A stretch of DNA of 64,000 bases from assembly GCA_963805625.1 (NCBI GenBank), contig CAWDVE010000021.1, positions 320,001 to 384,000 on the forward strand, in the 5' to 3' direction. The stretch's first letter is position 1, and each line of letters starts with the position of its first letter. Source of the stretch: an uncultured Candidatus Rokubacteria bacterium (lineage in GTDB: Bacteria > Methylomirabilota > Methylomirabilia > Rokubacteriales > DASRDR01). The notes beneath the pieces were generated by a model. It did not search any database. It was given only the letters and a program-made list of their open reading frames with translations, and had not been told where the DNA came from. A program made the position numbers and the translations under genes. This document shows, one piece after another, positions 25,595 to 37,344 of this stretch.

Positions 25595-26926
25595 TCAGCC
25601 GTAGATGCGCTGCAACTGATCGGCTCCCCACTTGATCGCCCCGGCGGCGTCGCTGCTCTGCACCGCGCGGGCGAAGGTATCGACCACGATGTACTTCGAC
25701 CAGGCGAGCGACGCCTTCTCGTTCGAGGGGCCTGCGTAACCCTGGTCACGGCCGTACTTGGGCTGCTCCCTGAAGGGCGCCATCTTGACGTCCTTCTCCC
25801 ACATCGGGTCGGTGTCGTACTTCACGACGTGCGGCAGATGGTAGCCTTCCTGGAGCCGCCACCATTCGTCGTACTTCTCGGCGAACCACCACTTGAGGAA
25901 CTCCTTCGCCGCCTCGACGTTCTTCGAGTTCTTGAGGATGGCGAAGGTGCGACTGCCGAGCAAGTAGAACCGCCCGGCGGTGCCCTTGGGGATCAGCATG
26001 TGGTGGGTGTCCTGGGCGATGTCCGGCTTGTCCTTCTTGGCCGCGAAGTAGATGCTCGAGCCGTTGTAGGTGCTGGAGATCTGGCCCGACAGATACGCGC
26101 GGTTGTTGTTGCTGTCGTCCCAGGAGGTGCCGGTCTCGTCGTAACCGTCCTTCCACGCCTGGATGAAGCGCTTCATGCCCTCGACGAACTCGGGCTTGTT
26201 GAACAGGATATTCTTCTGGTCTTTGTCCACCTCCATCGCGCCGGTGCTCCACATGTACGGGTAGCAGAATCCCGGCGGATCCCCGGTGCTGTGGCCGAGC
26301 GCCTGACCAAAAGGCTTGCCCTTGGTCTTCAGCGTCTTGGCCACCGCGAAGTACTGCTCCCAGGTCATGTCAATCTTGCGGCCATCATCCGCGTTGGCGA
26401 CTCCGGCTTCCTTGAACATGCTGATCCGGTAGGCCATGGACGCGTTGGACTGTCCGGACGGAATCCCGAGGTACCGGCCAGCGACCCTGGCCGAGTTCAG
26501 AACATAGGCCTGATAGCCGCCACCGCGCTTGCCGACCTCCTCGGCGAGGTCGGTAACGTCCACCAGGTGGTCGCGATACAGCCAGTTCCACGATGGCCAC
26601 AACTCGACGATGTCGACGCCGCCGGCCTGCACTGCCGCCGCGATCTTGGGCTGCAGGTCCGGCCAGTTGAGGAAGTCCGTGTTGATTGTCGCCCCGGCCG
26701 CCTGGGCGAACTCCTGGGCCTGACGCTTGTAGAGGTCCTGGGCGGGAGCGATGAAATACGTACCCTGAAGGATAGCGAGCTTGGCGCCCCTGGCGCCCGT
26801 TGGCGCCTGCGCGCGGACCGGGCGGGGCCCGAGGCCCACGCTTGCCGCACCGAGCCCGGTCAGACCAGCGGTCTTGAGGAATCGCCGGCGATTCACGCGA
26901 CGGTTCGTCCACCTGGTGTCCGACAT
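25595..26926 (-). CDS. Tat-exported ABC substrate-binding protein (sugar family)
   Basis: NRRRFLK signal; GGAGG RBS; lies upstream of the two permeases. Confidence 0.93.
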   Translation of the reverse strand: MSDTRWTNRRVNRRRFLKTAGLTGLGAASVGLGPRPVRAQAPTGARGAKLAILQGTYFIAPAQDLYKRQAQEFAQAAGATINTDFLNWPDLQPKIAAAVQAGGVDIVELWPSWNWLYRDHLVDVTDLAEEVGKRGGGYQAYVLNSARVAGRYLGIPSGQSNASMAYRISMFKEAGVANADDGRKIDMTWEQYFAVAKTLKTKGKPFGQALGHSTGDPPGFCYPYMWSTGAMEVDKDQKNILFNKPEFVEGMKRFIQAWKDGYDETGTSWDDSNNNRAYLSGQISSTYNGSSIYFAAKKDKPDIAQDTHHMLIPKGTAGRFYLLGSRTFAILKNSKNVEAAKEFLKWWFAEKYDEWWRLQEGYHLPHVVKYDTDPMWEKDVKMAPFREQPKYGRDQGYAGPSNEKASLAWSKYIVVDTFARAVQSSDAAGAIKWGADQLQRIYG

Positions 26927-27579
26927 TCAGCACCCTCCTCGATATCAGCTGCGAAACCGCCTTGCCGGCGTTCGGCACACGACGTACCACGTCATGAGGC
27001 TCGGGCACCTCCTCCCTCGGCTGCGGGTCAGCGAGCGGCCCCGCCGGCTTTCGGAGTCCTGCGTCGCTGGCAGCGGTACGGTTTAGAGGAAGACCTCCCG
27101 TTTCAAGGCCTATCAAGTCGCGTGCCAGGGAGGGAGCCCGGGAACTCCCGCGAGGTCCCTGGCGCTTGGGCATGGCTGGTCGCCGTCGCTGGGACAGTGG
27201 TGGGACAGCGAGGCGCCGACGCCACACCAGGAGGGTGCCCTCTGCCGATCGCCACCGTGATGACTGCGGCCCACCGAGCCGCATCAGCCAGGACGACTCC
27301 GCGGCCTAGATGTCAGGAGGTTGTTCACGAGCCTCGCCCGGGAGGCTGGTAGTTCCCCGTATCGGTGGCAAGTCCAGCAACGGATCACGGTTCTGGGAAC
27401 GTGGAGGACCACGGCATGGCGGCGGCGGGTCGCCACCGCGGGGTTAGCGCGAAGACTGTTCGGCGCCGGCGGGACCGCTGGCAGGCCGGCGGGGTGCCCG
27501 GCCTCGTGCCCCGCGCGGAGCTAGCGCGGCGTCAGACCCAGAATGGTAAGCGCAACTCGGCGGTGAACCCCGAGGAGTA

Positions 27580-27840
27580 GGTGGGAGCGAGGCGGTCGCC
27601 TGGCGGGTATCGACCGAGACCTCCTGGCGACGCCCGGTGCGCAATTCCCACAGATCGGAGACGGCGAGGCCGATTACCGCGAGCGCCGCGGCACTGGTCT
27701 CGCCGATGCGGAACGGCGTCGGCGTCGGCAATATTGGATCGGTGCCACCAGTGATCCCGACCGTGCGGGCGCGGGCGGGGGAGGGGCTCCTCGAGGATCC
27801 GCACGACGTTGCCGCTCAGAACGGTCATCCCGCCTGCCAT
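27580..27840 (-). pseudogene. CaiB/BaiF CoA-transferase N-terminal remnant
   Basis: PTPFRIGETSAAALAVIGLAVSDLWELRTGRRQEVSVDTRQATASL, frameshifted and truncated. Confidence 0.7.
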
Positions 27841-28010
27841 GAGCCTCTCGAAGCTCCGCACGTGGCGGAGGCGTGATGTCCAGCCGAGCGCATCGAGGGG
27901 GCAGCCGCACGCACGCTCGTCCAGCCGGAGGTCGCGGAAGAGCCGCGCGGGTACGCCGGTCGCCCGGGGTGGGCCCGCTGCTGGAGGCCTGATCGATGGA
28001 CGTGCCACCC

Positions 28011-28910
28011 TCAGGGTGTTTTCGCGGTCTCCGGAGGACTAGCGGCGCGAAGCGTGAATGATTCCATCGACACCGTGATCTCTCCCGTCGCCGCATTGTG
28101 ACGGAGGCAGGAGGCAGTCGGATAGAATCCGCTGATCGCCACTGCCTTCGGTGACTTTATGGGGAAACACGACTGGGGCTTGCTCAGCAAGACCGCCCGA
28201 CTCACCATCTCCTCGTAGAAGATAACCCTGCCCCCGTAGACCCCGAAGATCCAGCTTCGTGTGAAGGGCTGCTTGTTGAACTCCGGACCGGTGACATCGA
28301 TGAGATGGTTGCCCATCGCGGGGACGACGGCGTCGACATCGCGAAAGTCGGGAGGCAGGTAGTTCGAGGGCACCGGCTGTTTCGCGACCTCGAACTGGTC
28401 GCAGCGGACGAATTCCGGCCCGCAAGGGCCCGACTCGAGCGCGAAGACGTTGGCGATCGGCTCGATGTAGAAGTGAACGTCGAAGTGCGGGACGTCATAG
28501 ATACCGGGCGGAATATGCCCCGCCGGATTCCAGTTCAAGAGCACCCACTTGAACGGGACGTCCCCTCGCCTGGCCACCGCGTCCGGCAGGGGGATGACGT
28601 GTTCGTAGGTGGCGATGCACTCGGTCGCGTGATCGACCGTCCCGTCCTTGTTGCGGTCGAAGCAGTGATGGAGGTCCGAGCCGTCCGTGGGCAACCCGTC
28701 CAATGCGGCGGGCCCGAACACCACGCCGATCGCCGTGGGCTCACCCTGGCGATTCAGCTCGGCATAGCTCGTCACGGTCCCCTTGCCGAGCTCCATCTGC
28801 CCTCCCAAGTGGCGGGCTGCAGGCGCGTCAGAGCCCCGGCCGAGGAGCGCGCACCCGATCAGGATCATCGTGACCAGTGGGACAACTGACAGAGACGTCC
28901 ACCGTGCCAT
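28011..28910 (-). CDS. Exported His-rich protein (DUF5602-like)
   Basis: Signal/lipobox IGC; LNWNPAGHIPPGIYDVPHFDVHFY; VPAMGNHLID; IFYEEM. Confidence 0.75.
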   Translation of the reverse strand: MARWTSLSVVPLVTMILIGCALLGRGSDAPAARHLGGQMELGKGTVTSYAELNRQGEPTAIGVVFGPAALDGLPTDGSDLHHCFDRNKDGTVDHATECIATYEHVIPLPDAVARRGDVPFKWVLLNWNPAGHIPPGIYDVPHFDVHFYIEPIANVFALESGPCGPEFVRCDQFEVAKQPVPSNYLPPDFRDVDAVVPAMGNHLIDVTGPEFNKQPFTRSWIFGVYGGRVIFYEEMVSRAVLLSKPQSCFPIKSPKAVAISGFYPTASCLRHNAATGEITVSMESFTLRAASPPETAKTP

Positions 28911-29103
28911 GCGGTCCTCCTCCATGTGTCAGGCGAATCGGGGCCAAGGCGCCCCGGAGGCTATCGATAAGAACGAGATAGCAGGCTCCTGAGACTAGTG
29001 TCGAGGCTCGACCCGGTTCAGGGTGATGTTCCTAGGCGCGGCCCCAGTGCCGCCTCCGCCTTCTTCAGCCAGAAGGTCATGCCCATCCCGCGGTACGTCG
29101 CCG

Positions 29104-29814
29104 TTATCGATGGCCGCGATTCATTCCGTCTCCTGCGTGCCGACGGCCTTGTGGATGATATGTCTTGTTCCCAGAGCCCGTGATCCGCCGAGGATTCGCG
29201 AGCGCCTTCACCAGGGTGTCCGACAGCCAGGCTTGGTACTGGTCCGGCATCCAGCCGCCCTCGCGCACTAGCATCCGATAGACGTCGCGGCTCGTATACA
29301 TCCACAGGAGGCGCCGGGCTTCGTCGAGTCCGAGGCGTTTTGCCTCCATCCCCTGGGCGAAGAGGAGTCTCACGCGCTCCTCCTGCATCTCGTAGCGCAC
29401 TTTCTCGAACTCCTGCTCCAGCTTCCGGAGCGCAGGCGAGAAGGCCGAGGCGCCGCGGATGAGGCCGAGCTCAGCGGCTTCGCTCTCATAGATGGCTCGC
29501 GCCACGTGCGCCGACAGCGCGACGAGCCGGACCGGGTCGGTCACTCCCTCGAGCTTCTCCCTCGCGGCCCGGAAGCGCCGGCCGAAGAGAGACGACCGCA
29601 TCAGCGCGCGCAGGACGCCCTCCTTGGACTTGTAGAGGGCATAGACCGTGGACCCCGAGACCTCCGCCTTGTCCGCGATCTGCGCGATCGTGACCCGGTC
29701 GATGCCATGACGCACGAAGAGCGCCTTGGCGGCCTTGAGCACCCGATCCTTGGTGGCGTCGGCTGCCCGGCTTCGCCGCTTCGAGACGTATGCTCGCTTG
29801 GATCCTCTTGACAT
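29104..29814 (-). CDS. TetR/AcrR family regulator
   Basis: LFVRHGIDRVTIAQIADKAEVSGSTVYALYKSKEG. Confidence 0.92.
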   Translation of the reverse strand: MSRGSKRAYVSKRRSRAADATKDRVLKAAKALFVRHGIDRVTIAQIADKAEVSGSTVYALYKSKEGVLRALMRSSLFGRRFRAAREKLEGVTDPVRLVALSAHVARAIYESEAAELGLIRGASAFSPALRKLEQEFEKVRYEMQEERVRLLFAQGMEAKRLGLDEARRLLWMYTSRDVYRMLVREGGWMPDQYQAWLSDTLVKALANPRRITGSGNKTYHPQGRRHAGDGMNRGHR

Positions 29815-29865
29815 ATTGGATATAGTCTACCACATGCAATACAGATACTGCAGGAGGGTCACCGC

Positions 29866-30128
29866 ATGAGCTTCCAAGCGTACCTCGACAGCATTCGGAA
29901 GAGGACGGGGAAGACCCCGCACGACTTCTTCGCCCTGGCCAAGAAGAAGGGCCTGGTTGGCCCCGACCTCACCGCCGGACGCCTCGTCGCCGGCTCAAGG
30001 ACGCCTTCGGCCTCGGCCACGGCCACGCCATGGCGATCTGGGCAGTCTTCAAGTCGGAAGGCTGGGTCGCCCCCTCGGCCAAACGTGCCCGGGCTGCCGG
30101 GCTTGCCAGACCCGCGAGGGTGAGATGA
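29866..30128 (+). pseudogene. DUF4287 protein with a single frameshift
   Basis: MSFQAYLDSIRKRTGKTP...LVA, shift near 29992, then LKDAFGLGHGHAMAIW. The shifted frame's stop overlaps the next ATG (ATGA). Confidence 0.8.
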
Positions 30129-30805
30129 CCACGGCCGTCTCGTCTCGATCGACGGTGCTCGAGGACCGGACGGGATGGGCGCCACGCTTCGCGGCCGCGG
30201 GAGCCATCGCCGTCGCCCTGATCATCTTGGCCTTGCACGCGATCAAGCCCGAATTCGAGCCATCCTGGCGTTTCATCAGTGAGTACGCGATCGGCCGCCA
30301 TGGCTGGACCATGAGACTCGCCTTCCTGATCTGGGCCGCCGGTTGCGCGGCGCTGGCGCTCGGCCTGCGGCCGGAGATCAGGGGGCGTCGCGGCAGGACT
30401 GGCATCGTCATTCTGCGGACGACCGCCATCGCCCTCGTTGCCGCCGGCCTGTTCCTCCAAGACCCGGTCACGGCAACGCCGGAGGAAGCCTCGACGAGCG
30501 GCATGCTTCACGCAATCGCGTCGCTGGTCGGCATCCCGGGCATCCCGTTGGCCGCGATGCTTCTCAGCTCCAGCCTGTGGCGATCGAGCCCGAAATGGGC
30601 GCGCCATCGCCTTGCCCTCATGGGACTCGCCCATGCCACCTGGATCAGTCTCGCGCTGATGGCGGTCTATCTCGCGTGGGCCGTGCCGCGGGCCGGAGGC
30701 TTCACGCCCGACGTCTGGGCCGGCTGGATGAACCGGCTCGTGGTAGCCACCTATCTGGCCTGGCAGCTGGGGATCGCCTATCGCCTCATCGCTCGAGATC
30801 GGTGA
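30125..30805 (+). CDS. DUF998 membrane protein
   Basis: RFISEYAIG...FLQDP...MLHAIAS...GWMNRL; several TM helices. Confidence 0.82.
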   Translation: MTTAVSSRSTVLEDRTGWAPRFAAAGAIAVALIILALHAIKPEFEPSWRFISEYAIGRHGWTMRLAFLIWAAGCAALALGLRPEIRGRRGRTGIVILRTTAIALVAAGLFLQDPVTATPEEASTSGMLHAIASLVGIPGIPLAAMLLSSSLWRSSPKWARHRLALMGLAHATWISLALMAVYLAWAVPRAGGFTPDVWAGWMNRLVVATYLAWQLGIAYRLIARDR

Positions 30806-31202
30806 GGCAGCGGGCGGGGCCATGATTCCGTTTCTCGTCGGAGTGGAAGCGATGGAATCGTGGCAAGGAGCCACTAGTGTCCGGAGTCCGAGATCCGATG
30901 ACAAGAGCGAGCGACACTCGCTAGGATCTCGTCGGGCTCGCTGAGGAATTCGTCGCGTGCTTCCGGGACCAGGCGGCGCGCAAGCCGCAGAGCCCGGCGG
31001 CGAAACTCGTCGGCCGAGGCTTCGCCGCCAGAGTCGCCGTCAACCCACTGGACCGCTGACGATGTTCGGAGACCGCTGGCGCGGCTGCCCATCGGCTGTA
31101 GTGTCGCCGCGCCCGGGTGAAGCGGACTATGGCCGAGCCGACCGATGGTCTATCCAGCGCCAGGTCTCACCGGGCGCGTTCGTTACTTCGTGGGGCGTTC
31201 GC

Positions 31203-31892
31203 TCACCGCAAGCCTGGCGTAGCGGGATGGGGCGGCGGGGAGAGACCTTCCTCCGGCAGGATCACCACATCGTCACCCTCGAGGCGGAGGGCCCCCTCCA
31301 CGAAGTAGCGCCGCCGCCAGCCGACCCGGCGGTAACCGACGACGCCCAGGTGAAACCAACCCACGGCGGCGGCCCACGCGACGCTCGTGCGGTTCCACGA
31401 CGCGATGAGGCCGACCAGTCGCCGCGCGCCGTGACCGCGCACGCTGTCGAGCTTGGCTTGCAGGAGCATCGTTCCGGCGCCTGCGCGCCGGTGGCCCGGG
31501 AGCGTCCGGGCCTCGATTGTGATGACGTCGCCGGGAGCGCCGCGGAATCGGCGCCCGAGATACGGCAGGTACGCCGCTCCGGCCGCGTCCCACCGGTACG
31601 CCGCGACCTCTGGTCCGATCCAGCACACGAGGCACACCTGCTGCTCGCGCCATCGTCGCCGCACCCCCCGTATTGACATCGCCGGGCAGGCTTGCACGAA
31701 CGCGATCAGGTCCTTCTCCTGCAGGACGTCGTAGCGCGCCGCCGGAAGCGCCGCGACGTCTAGGCGCGCATCAATCGCACCGGCGACGACGTGGAACTCC
31801 CGCGCGAGGAGCCAGCGGGGCGCCATCCGCAGACTCCGGCGCAGGCCGAGGTCCCGGACAATGTCGCGAGTGTGGGTCAGACCGGCCCGCAA
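31203..31892 (-). CDS. GNAT-like acetyltransferase
   Basis: TLPGHRRAGAG (motif A); WNRTS; start uncertain. Confidence 0.65.
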   Translation of the reverse strand: MRAGLTHTRDIVRDLGLRRSLRMAPRWLLAREFHVVAGAIDARLDVAALPAARYDVLQEKDLIAFVQACPAMSIRGVRRRWREQQVCLVCWIGPEVAAYRWDAAGAAYLPYLGRRFRGAPGDVITIEARTLPGHRRAGAGTMLLQAKLDSVRGHGARRLVGLIASWNRTSVAWAAAVGWFHLGVVGYRRVGWRRRYFVEGALRLEGDDVVILPEEGLSPPPHPATPGLR

Positions 31893-32063
31893 GAACAGTC
31901 CCGCCAGCTACGGATCTGGACGGCCACGCCTCGCCGCAGACGCTCTACCCGGACACAGACCGACTTCAACGAGCTTGCCCTCGTCGCAAGGCCTTGCTCC
32001 TGCGAGTCTGCTGCGCCGGGGCGGTTGGCGCCGACATGTGCCAGCATGTGAACGACTCGGCGC

Positions 32064-32450
32064 TCAGCGGAGATCGGCGATGAACCCGAGCAGCAGGCGG
32101 TTGACCTCGTCGGGCCGCTCCTGCTGGGTCCAGTGGGAGCAGCGCCGGATGTTCTCGATGCGGAGACCGGGGATCCACTTCGGCATCGACTCGGCCAGGG
32201 CCGGCCGGAGGATGGGATCGTTCTCCGCGCTCCGCGCCATGGCCGCTCCCAACGAGCGCCAGGTACGCGCCGAAGTAGGCAAGCTTGCCCGTCCCGCCCG
32301 CGAGGAGGACGGGCCCCCGCGCCGCCGGGCGGCCAGGATGTACCCGAGCCCCCAGGCGATGAGTTGATCCAGATGGCGCGAAAGAAGAACGCCTGGAGCG
32401 GGGCGGCGAGGGACAGGGCGGCGCCGTAGAGCTGGGCGAAGTGGCGCGGG
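32064..32450 (-). pseudogene. Epoxide-hydrolase-type alpha/beta hydrolase C-terminal remnant
   Basis: AENDPILRP...CSHWTQQERPDEVNRLL; upstream sequence is fragmented. Confidence 0.6.
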
Positions 32451-32552
32451 GTCGGCGAACGCGCTCGCCCCGCCGACAACGTTCCAGGCGCCCGCGACGT
32501 ACAGTACTCGCCGCCGCCACGTCTCACAGTCATGTCCCCATGCCCCCGCGCG

Positions 32553-33023
32553 TCATGGGTCGAGGTACACGATCTCGCCCCGCACGCCCGAGCCGCGGAT
32601 GGTCAGGAACCCCATCGCAATCGGCAGCGTGAAGCGCCGGGGGCCAATGCTGCCGGGATTCATGAACAGGATGCCTCCCTGCTTCACGAGCGACGGCTTG
32701 TGGGAGTGCCCGGCGATGACGGCGTCGATGGCCGCCGCCTGCGGGTCGACCGCGAGGGACTTGACGTCGTGGAGGATGTGGAGCCGGACCTTCCCGGCCA
32801 CCAAGACCGCCGTCTCGGGCAGCGCGAGCGCCCACGGACCCCGGTCGTTGTTCCCGCGCACGGCCGTGACGGGCGCCACCGCCGCGAGGGCGCGGAGTAC
32901 GTCCGGACTGCCGATGTCGCCCGCGTGCACGATCCGATCGACGCCGCGAAGTCGCCGGAGGGCCTCGGGACGGAGGAGCCCATGCGTGTCGGCGACGACC
33001 CCGATCCGCATCTGGGTTGGCAT
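32553..33023 (-). CDS. Metallophosphoesterase (YfcE-like)
   Basis: DTHG, HAGD, GNND, GHSH and NPGS motifs. Confidence 0.93.
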   Translation of the reverse strand: MPTQMRIGVVADTHGLLRPEALRRLRGVDRIVHAGDIGSPDVLRALAAVAPVTAVRGNNDRGPWALALPETAVLVAGKVRLHILHDVKSLAVDPQAAAIDAVIAGHSHKPSLVKQGGILFMNPGSIGPRRFTLPIAMGFLTIRGSGVRGEIVYLDP

Positions 33024-33056
33024 CGACCGAGCCTGAGCCCGGGCCAACGCCGCCGC

Positions 33057-33410
33057 TCAGCGGTCCGGGGCGAGGTCGGCTTCGAGGGCGCGGCGCTGCT
33101 CGGGCGTCAAGGCCGTCTCGGCGGCGATCGCCGGGAGGTCGATCCCGAGCGCGACGGGGACGCGGCTCCCGACGGCGAACTTCAGGTACTGCACCGAGGA
33201 GACTCGCTCCGTCCCGACTTGCGGGGGTCGAACGTGGGCCGGACGCGCGTGCCGTCCTCGAGGCGAGCGTAGACGTGGTGCGGGAGATCCAGCCACTCGC
33301 GGAGCTTCATGGCCCGCACCGCCGGGTCGTCGATCTCGATGAGGAGGGTGGCGCCGAGCTCGCCCGGGCCGCCCAGGAGCTCGTTGTGCGTCTCAACCTC
33401 GTGGAGGTCT
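33057..33410 (-). pseudogene. DUF3501 family remnant, 5'-truncated and frameshifted
   Basis: EVETHNELLGGPGELGATLLIEIDD..., shift near 33220, then RVSSVQYLKF...LTPEQRRALEADL. Confidence 0.75.
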
Positions 33411-33491
33411 CAGCCTCGACGTGGTCCGGGATGACCCGATGCCACATCGAGGCTGTTCGGTTACGAGACCCCTAGGGCCTATCCTCCGGGA

Positions 33492-35657
<2,166 letters not shown>

Positions 35658-36230
35658 CTATTCTCTCCTTTCGTCCTGCACCCGCCTGGGTGCGACTCCT
35701 TCTCCTGAGGGGCCCGGGCGGGGCCGCGTGGCGTGGGTTCGGGTCCATTCCGAGGCGGGGCGCGCGGCCGGCGGACACGTCTCGCACCGGCCGACGATGC
35801 GAACATCGACGTCCTCGACGACGAAGCGCGGCCGTACCTGGGCGGCCACGCGACCGACCTCCACCGTGGGCGCGTGGACGTCGGTCATGCGGCCGCAGAC
35901 GCGGCAGATCAGGTGCTGGTGGGGCGTCAGGTTCGCGTCGAACCGCCCCGCACCCCCTGTGGTGCTCACTCGTCGGAGCAGGCCGTCCTGGACGAGCGAC
36001 TCGAGGACGCGGTACACGGTGCCCGGCGAGAGCGACGGCATCGCCCCCCGGAGCCGCCGGTAGATCGCGTCCGCTGTCGGATGGCTCGGGTCCTCGGCCA
36101 GCGCCCGGTAGACGGCCAGCCGCTGGGCCGTGACCCGCACCCCCTGCTCCCGGCACCGGCGCGCGAACGAGAGAGACAGCGGGTCGGCGCCGGACGCCGA
36201 GACTGATTCTCTCCTGCGAGTGGTTCTCAT
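35658..36230 (-). CDS. Fur/PerR family regulator
   Basis: TAQR...HPTADAIY...TVYRVL...HQHLICRVC...GRCETC; its stop abuts the katG ATG. Confidence 0.92.
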   Translation of the reverse strand: MRTTRRRESVSASGADPLSLSFARRCREQGVRVTAQRLAVYRALAEDPSHPTADAIYRRLRGAMPSLSPGTVYRVLESLVQDGLLRRVSTTGGAGRFDANLTPHQHLICRVCGRMTDVHAPTVEVGRVAAQVRPRFVVEDVDVRIVGRCETCPPAARPASEWTRTHATRPRPGPSGEGVAPRRVQDERRE

Positions 36231-36268
36231 CTGTGAGTCATTCTCACCGAGACCGGGCGGGCTGTCAA
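36215..36268 (-). promoter_or_regulatory. Sigma70 promoter overlapped by Fur/Per-box-like sites
   Basis: TTGACA (36268-36263)-N17-GAGAAT, 9 nt before the ATG; TGAGAATGACTCACA and TGAGAACCACTCGCA resemble 7-1-7 boxes. Confidence 0.65.
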
Positions 36269-36331
36269 GCAAGGGGCCGCCGGCGCCCACCCGGGCGCTC
36301 CCGGCGAGCGCCCAGGTGAGAGGCGCGGGAG

Positions 36332-36847
36332 CTAGCCGCGGCGGGCGGCCGCCAGGGCGGCGTCGTAGTCCGGGTGCTCGGTCACCTCCGGCACGTACTG
36401 GACGTGCTTCAGGTGCCCGTCCCCGCCCACGACGAAGAGTGCCCGCGCCTCGAGCCGAAGCGGCTCGATCAGCGTGCCGTAGGCGCGGCCGAAGCCGGCG
36501 TCGCGGTGATCGGAGGCGGCCTGAACCCGGTCGATGCCCTTGTCGCCACAGAAGCGCGCCTGGGCGAACGGCAGATCCATGCTCACCGTGAGGACAGCCA
36601 CGTTTGCCGGCAGCCGGGCGGCCTCCTCGTTGAAGCGCTTCGTCTGCGCCTCGCACACCGGTGTGTCGAGCGACGGCACCACGCTCAGCACGAGCGTCTT
36701 GCCGGCGAAATCGCGCAGACTGACGTCACGGAGGCCCTCGGGCCCGCGCTGGTGCAGCTTGAAGTCGGGGGCGCGGTCGCCGGCCCGGAGCTCCGGGCCC
36801 AAGACGGGCAGCGGGTTGCCACGCATCTTCACCGTTCGTGCGGACAT
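36332..36847 (-). CDS. tpx: Thiol peroxidase
   Basis: VPSLDTPVC...SMDLPFAQARFC...EVTEHPDYD. Confidence 0.96.
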   Translation of the reverse strand: MSARTVKMRGNPLPVLGPELRAGDRAPDFKLHQRGPEGLRDVSLRDFAGKTLVLSVVPSLDTPVCEAQTKRFNEEAARLPANVAVLTVSMDLPFAQARFCGDKGIDRVQAASDHRDAGFGRAYGTLIEPLRLEARALFVVGGDGHLKHVQYVPEVTEHPDYDAALAAARRG

Positions 36848-36954
36848 GGGCGTCTCCTCCCTGAGGGGAACCATGGGGATCGGACCGCAGGCCGGCACCG
36901 ACGGTGCCGCGCGATGCGATCCAGATTCATCCTACCACCCGCAGCCGGTAGGGG

Positions 36955-37257
36955 TCAGGCGGGTTCAGTCCGGCGGGGCCCCTGGAGATAGCGGTCGCGG
37001 AGGGCGTCAAATCCGGTCTCGAGCGCGCGCGCCCGGGCCTCGGCCACGGAAGTGGCCGCGCCGGCGGCGTCCTCCGGGGGCCCCACGTGCCACTCGGCGA
37101 GGTACGCGTCCTCGCCCCCCAGCCCGTCCTGCATGGCGATCCGGTCGACGAGGTCCTGGAATGCCGGCCCGAGCGGCACGCTGACCTCGTCGCCGCCGTC
37201 CCGGGCCGTCACCAGCATCGGGATGTCGCGCCAGTAGGTGATCCGGACCGTTGTCAT
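36955..37257 (-). CDS. Small 'Virulence_fact' family protein
   Basis: YWRDIP..V...FQDLVDRIAM...DAYLAEW; GAGGAG RBS. Confidence 0.8.
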   Translation of the reverse strand: MTTVRITYWRDIPMLVTARDGGDEVSVPLGPAFQDLVDRIAMQDGLGGEDAYLAEWHVGPPEDAAGAATSVAEARARALETGFDALRDRYLQGPRRTEPA

Positions 37258-37304
37258 GGCTCCTCGCTCGGCGTCTGGCCCGGGCCCTAGCGACGGCTCC
37301 GGCG

Positions 37305-37333
37305 TTGACACCCGGTAACCGTCCAGCTAGAGT
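37305..37333 (+). promoter_or_regulatory. Sigma70 promoter
   Basis: TTGACA-N17-TAGAGT, 11 nt before ATG 37345. Confidence 0.7.
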
Positions 37334-37344
37334 CGGGCTCGTCG

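Noticed and set aside
27110-27128. Sigma54 promoter for the ABC operon (TGGCACGCGACTTGAT)
   Set aside because: The -24 element is good but -12 reads GA rather than GC; plausible but not supported enough to list.
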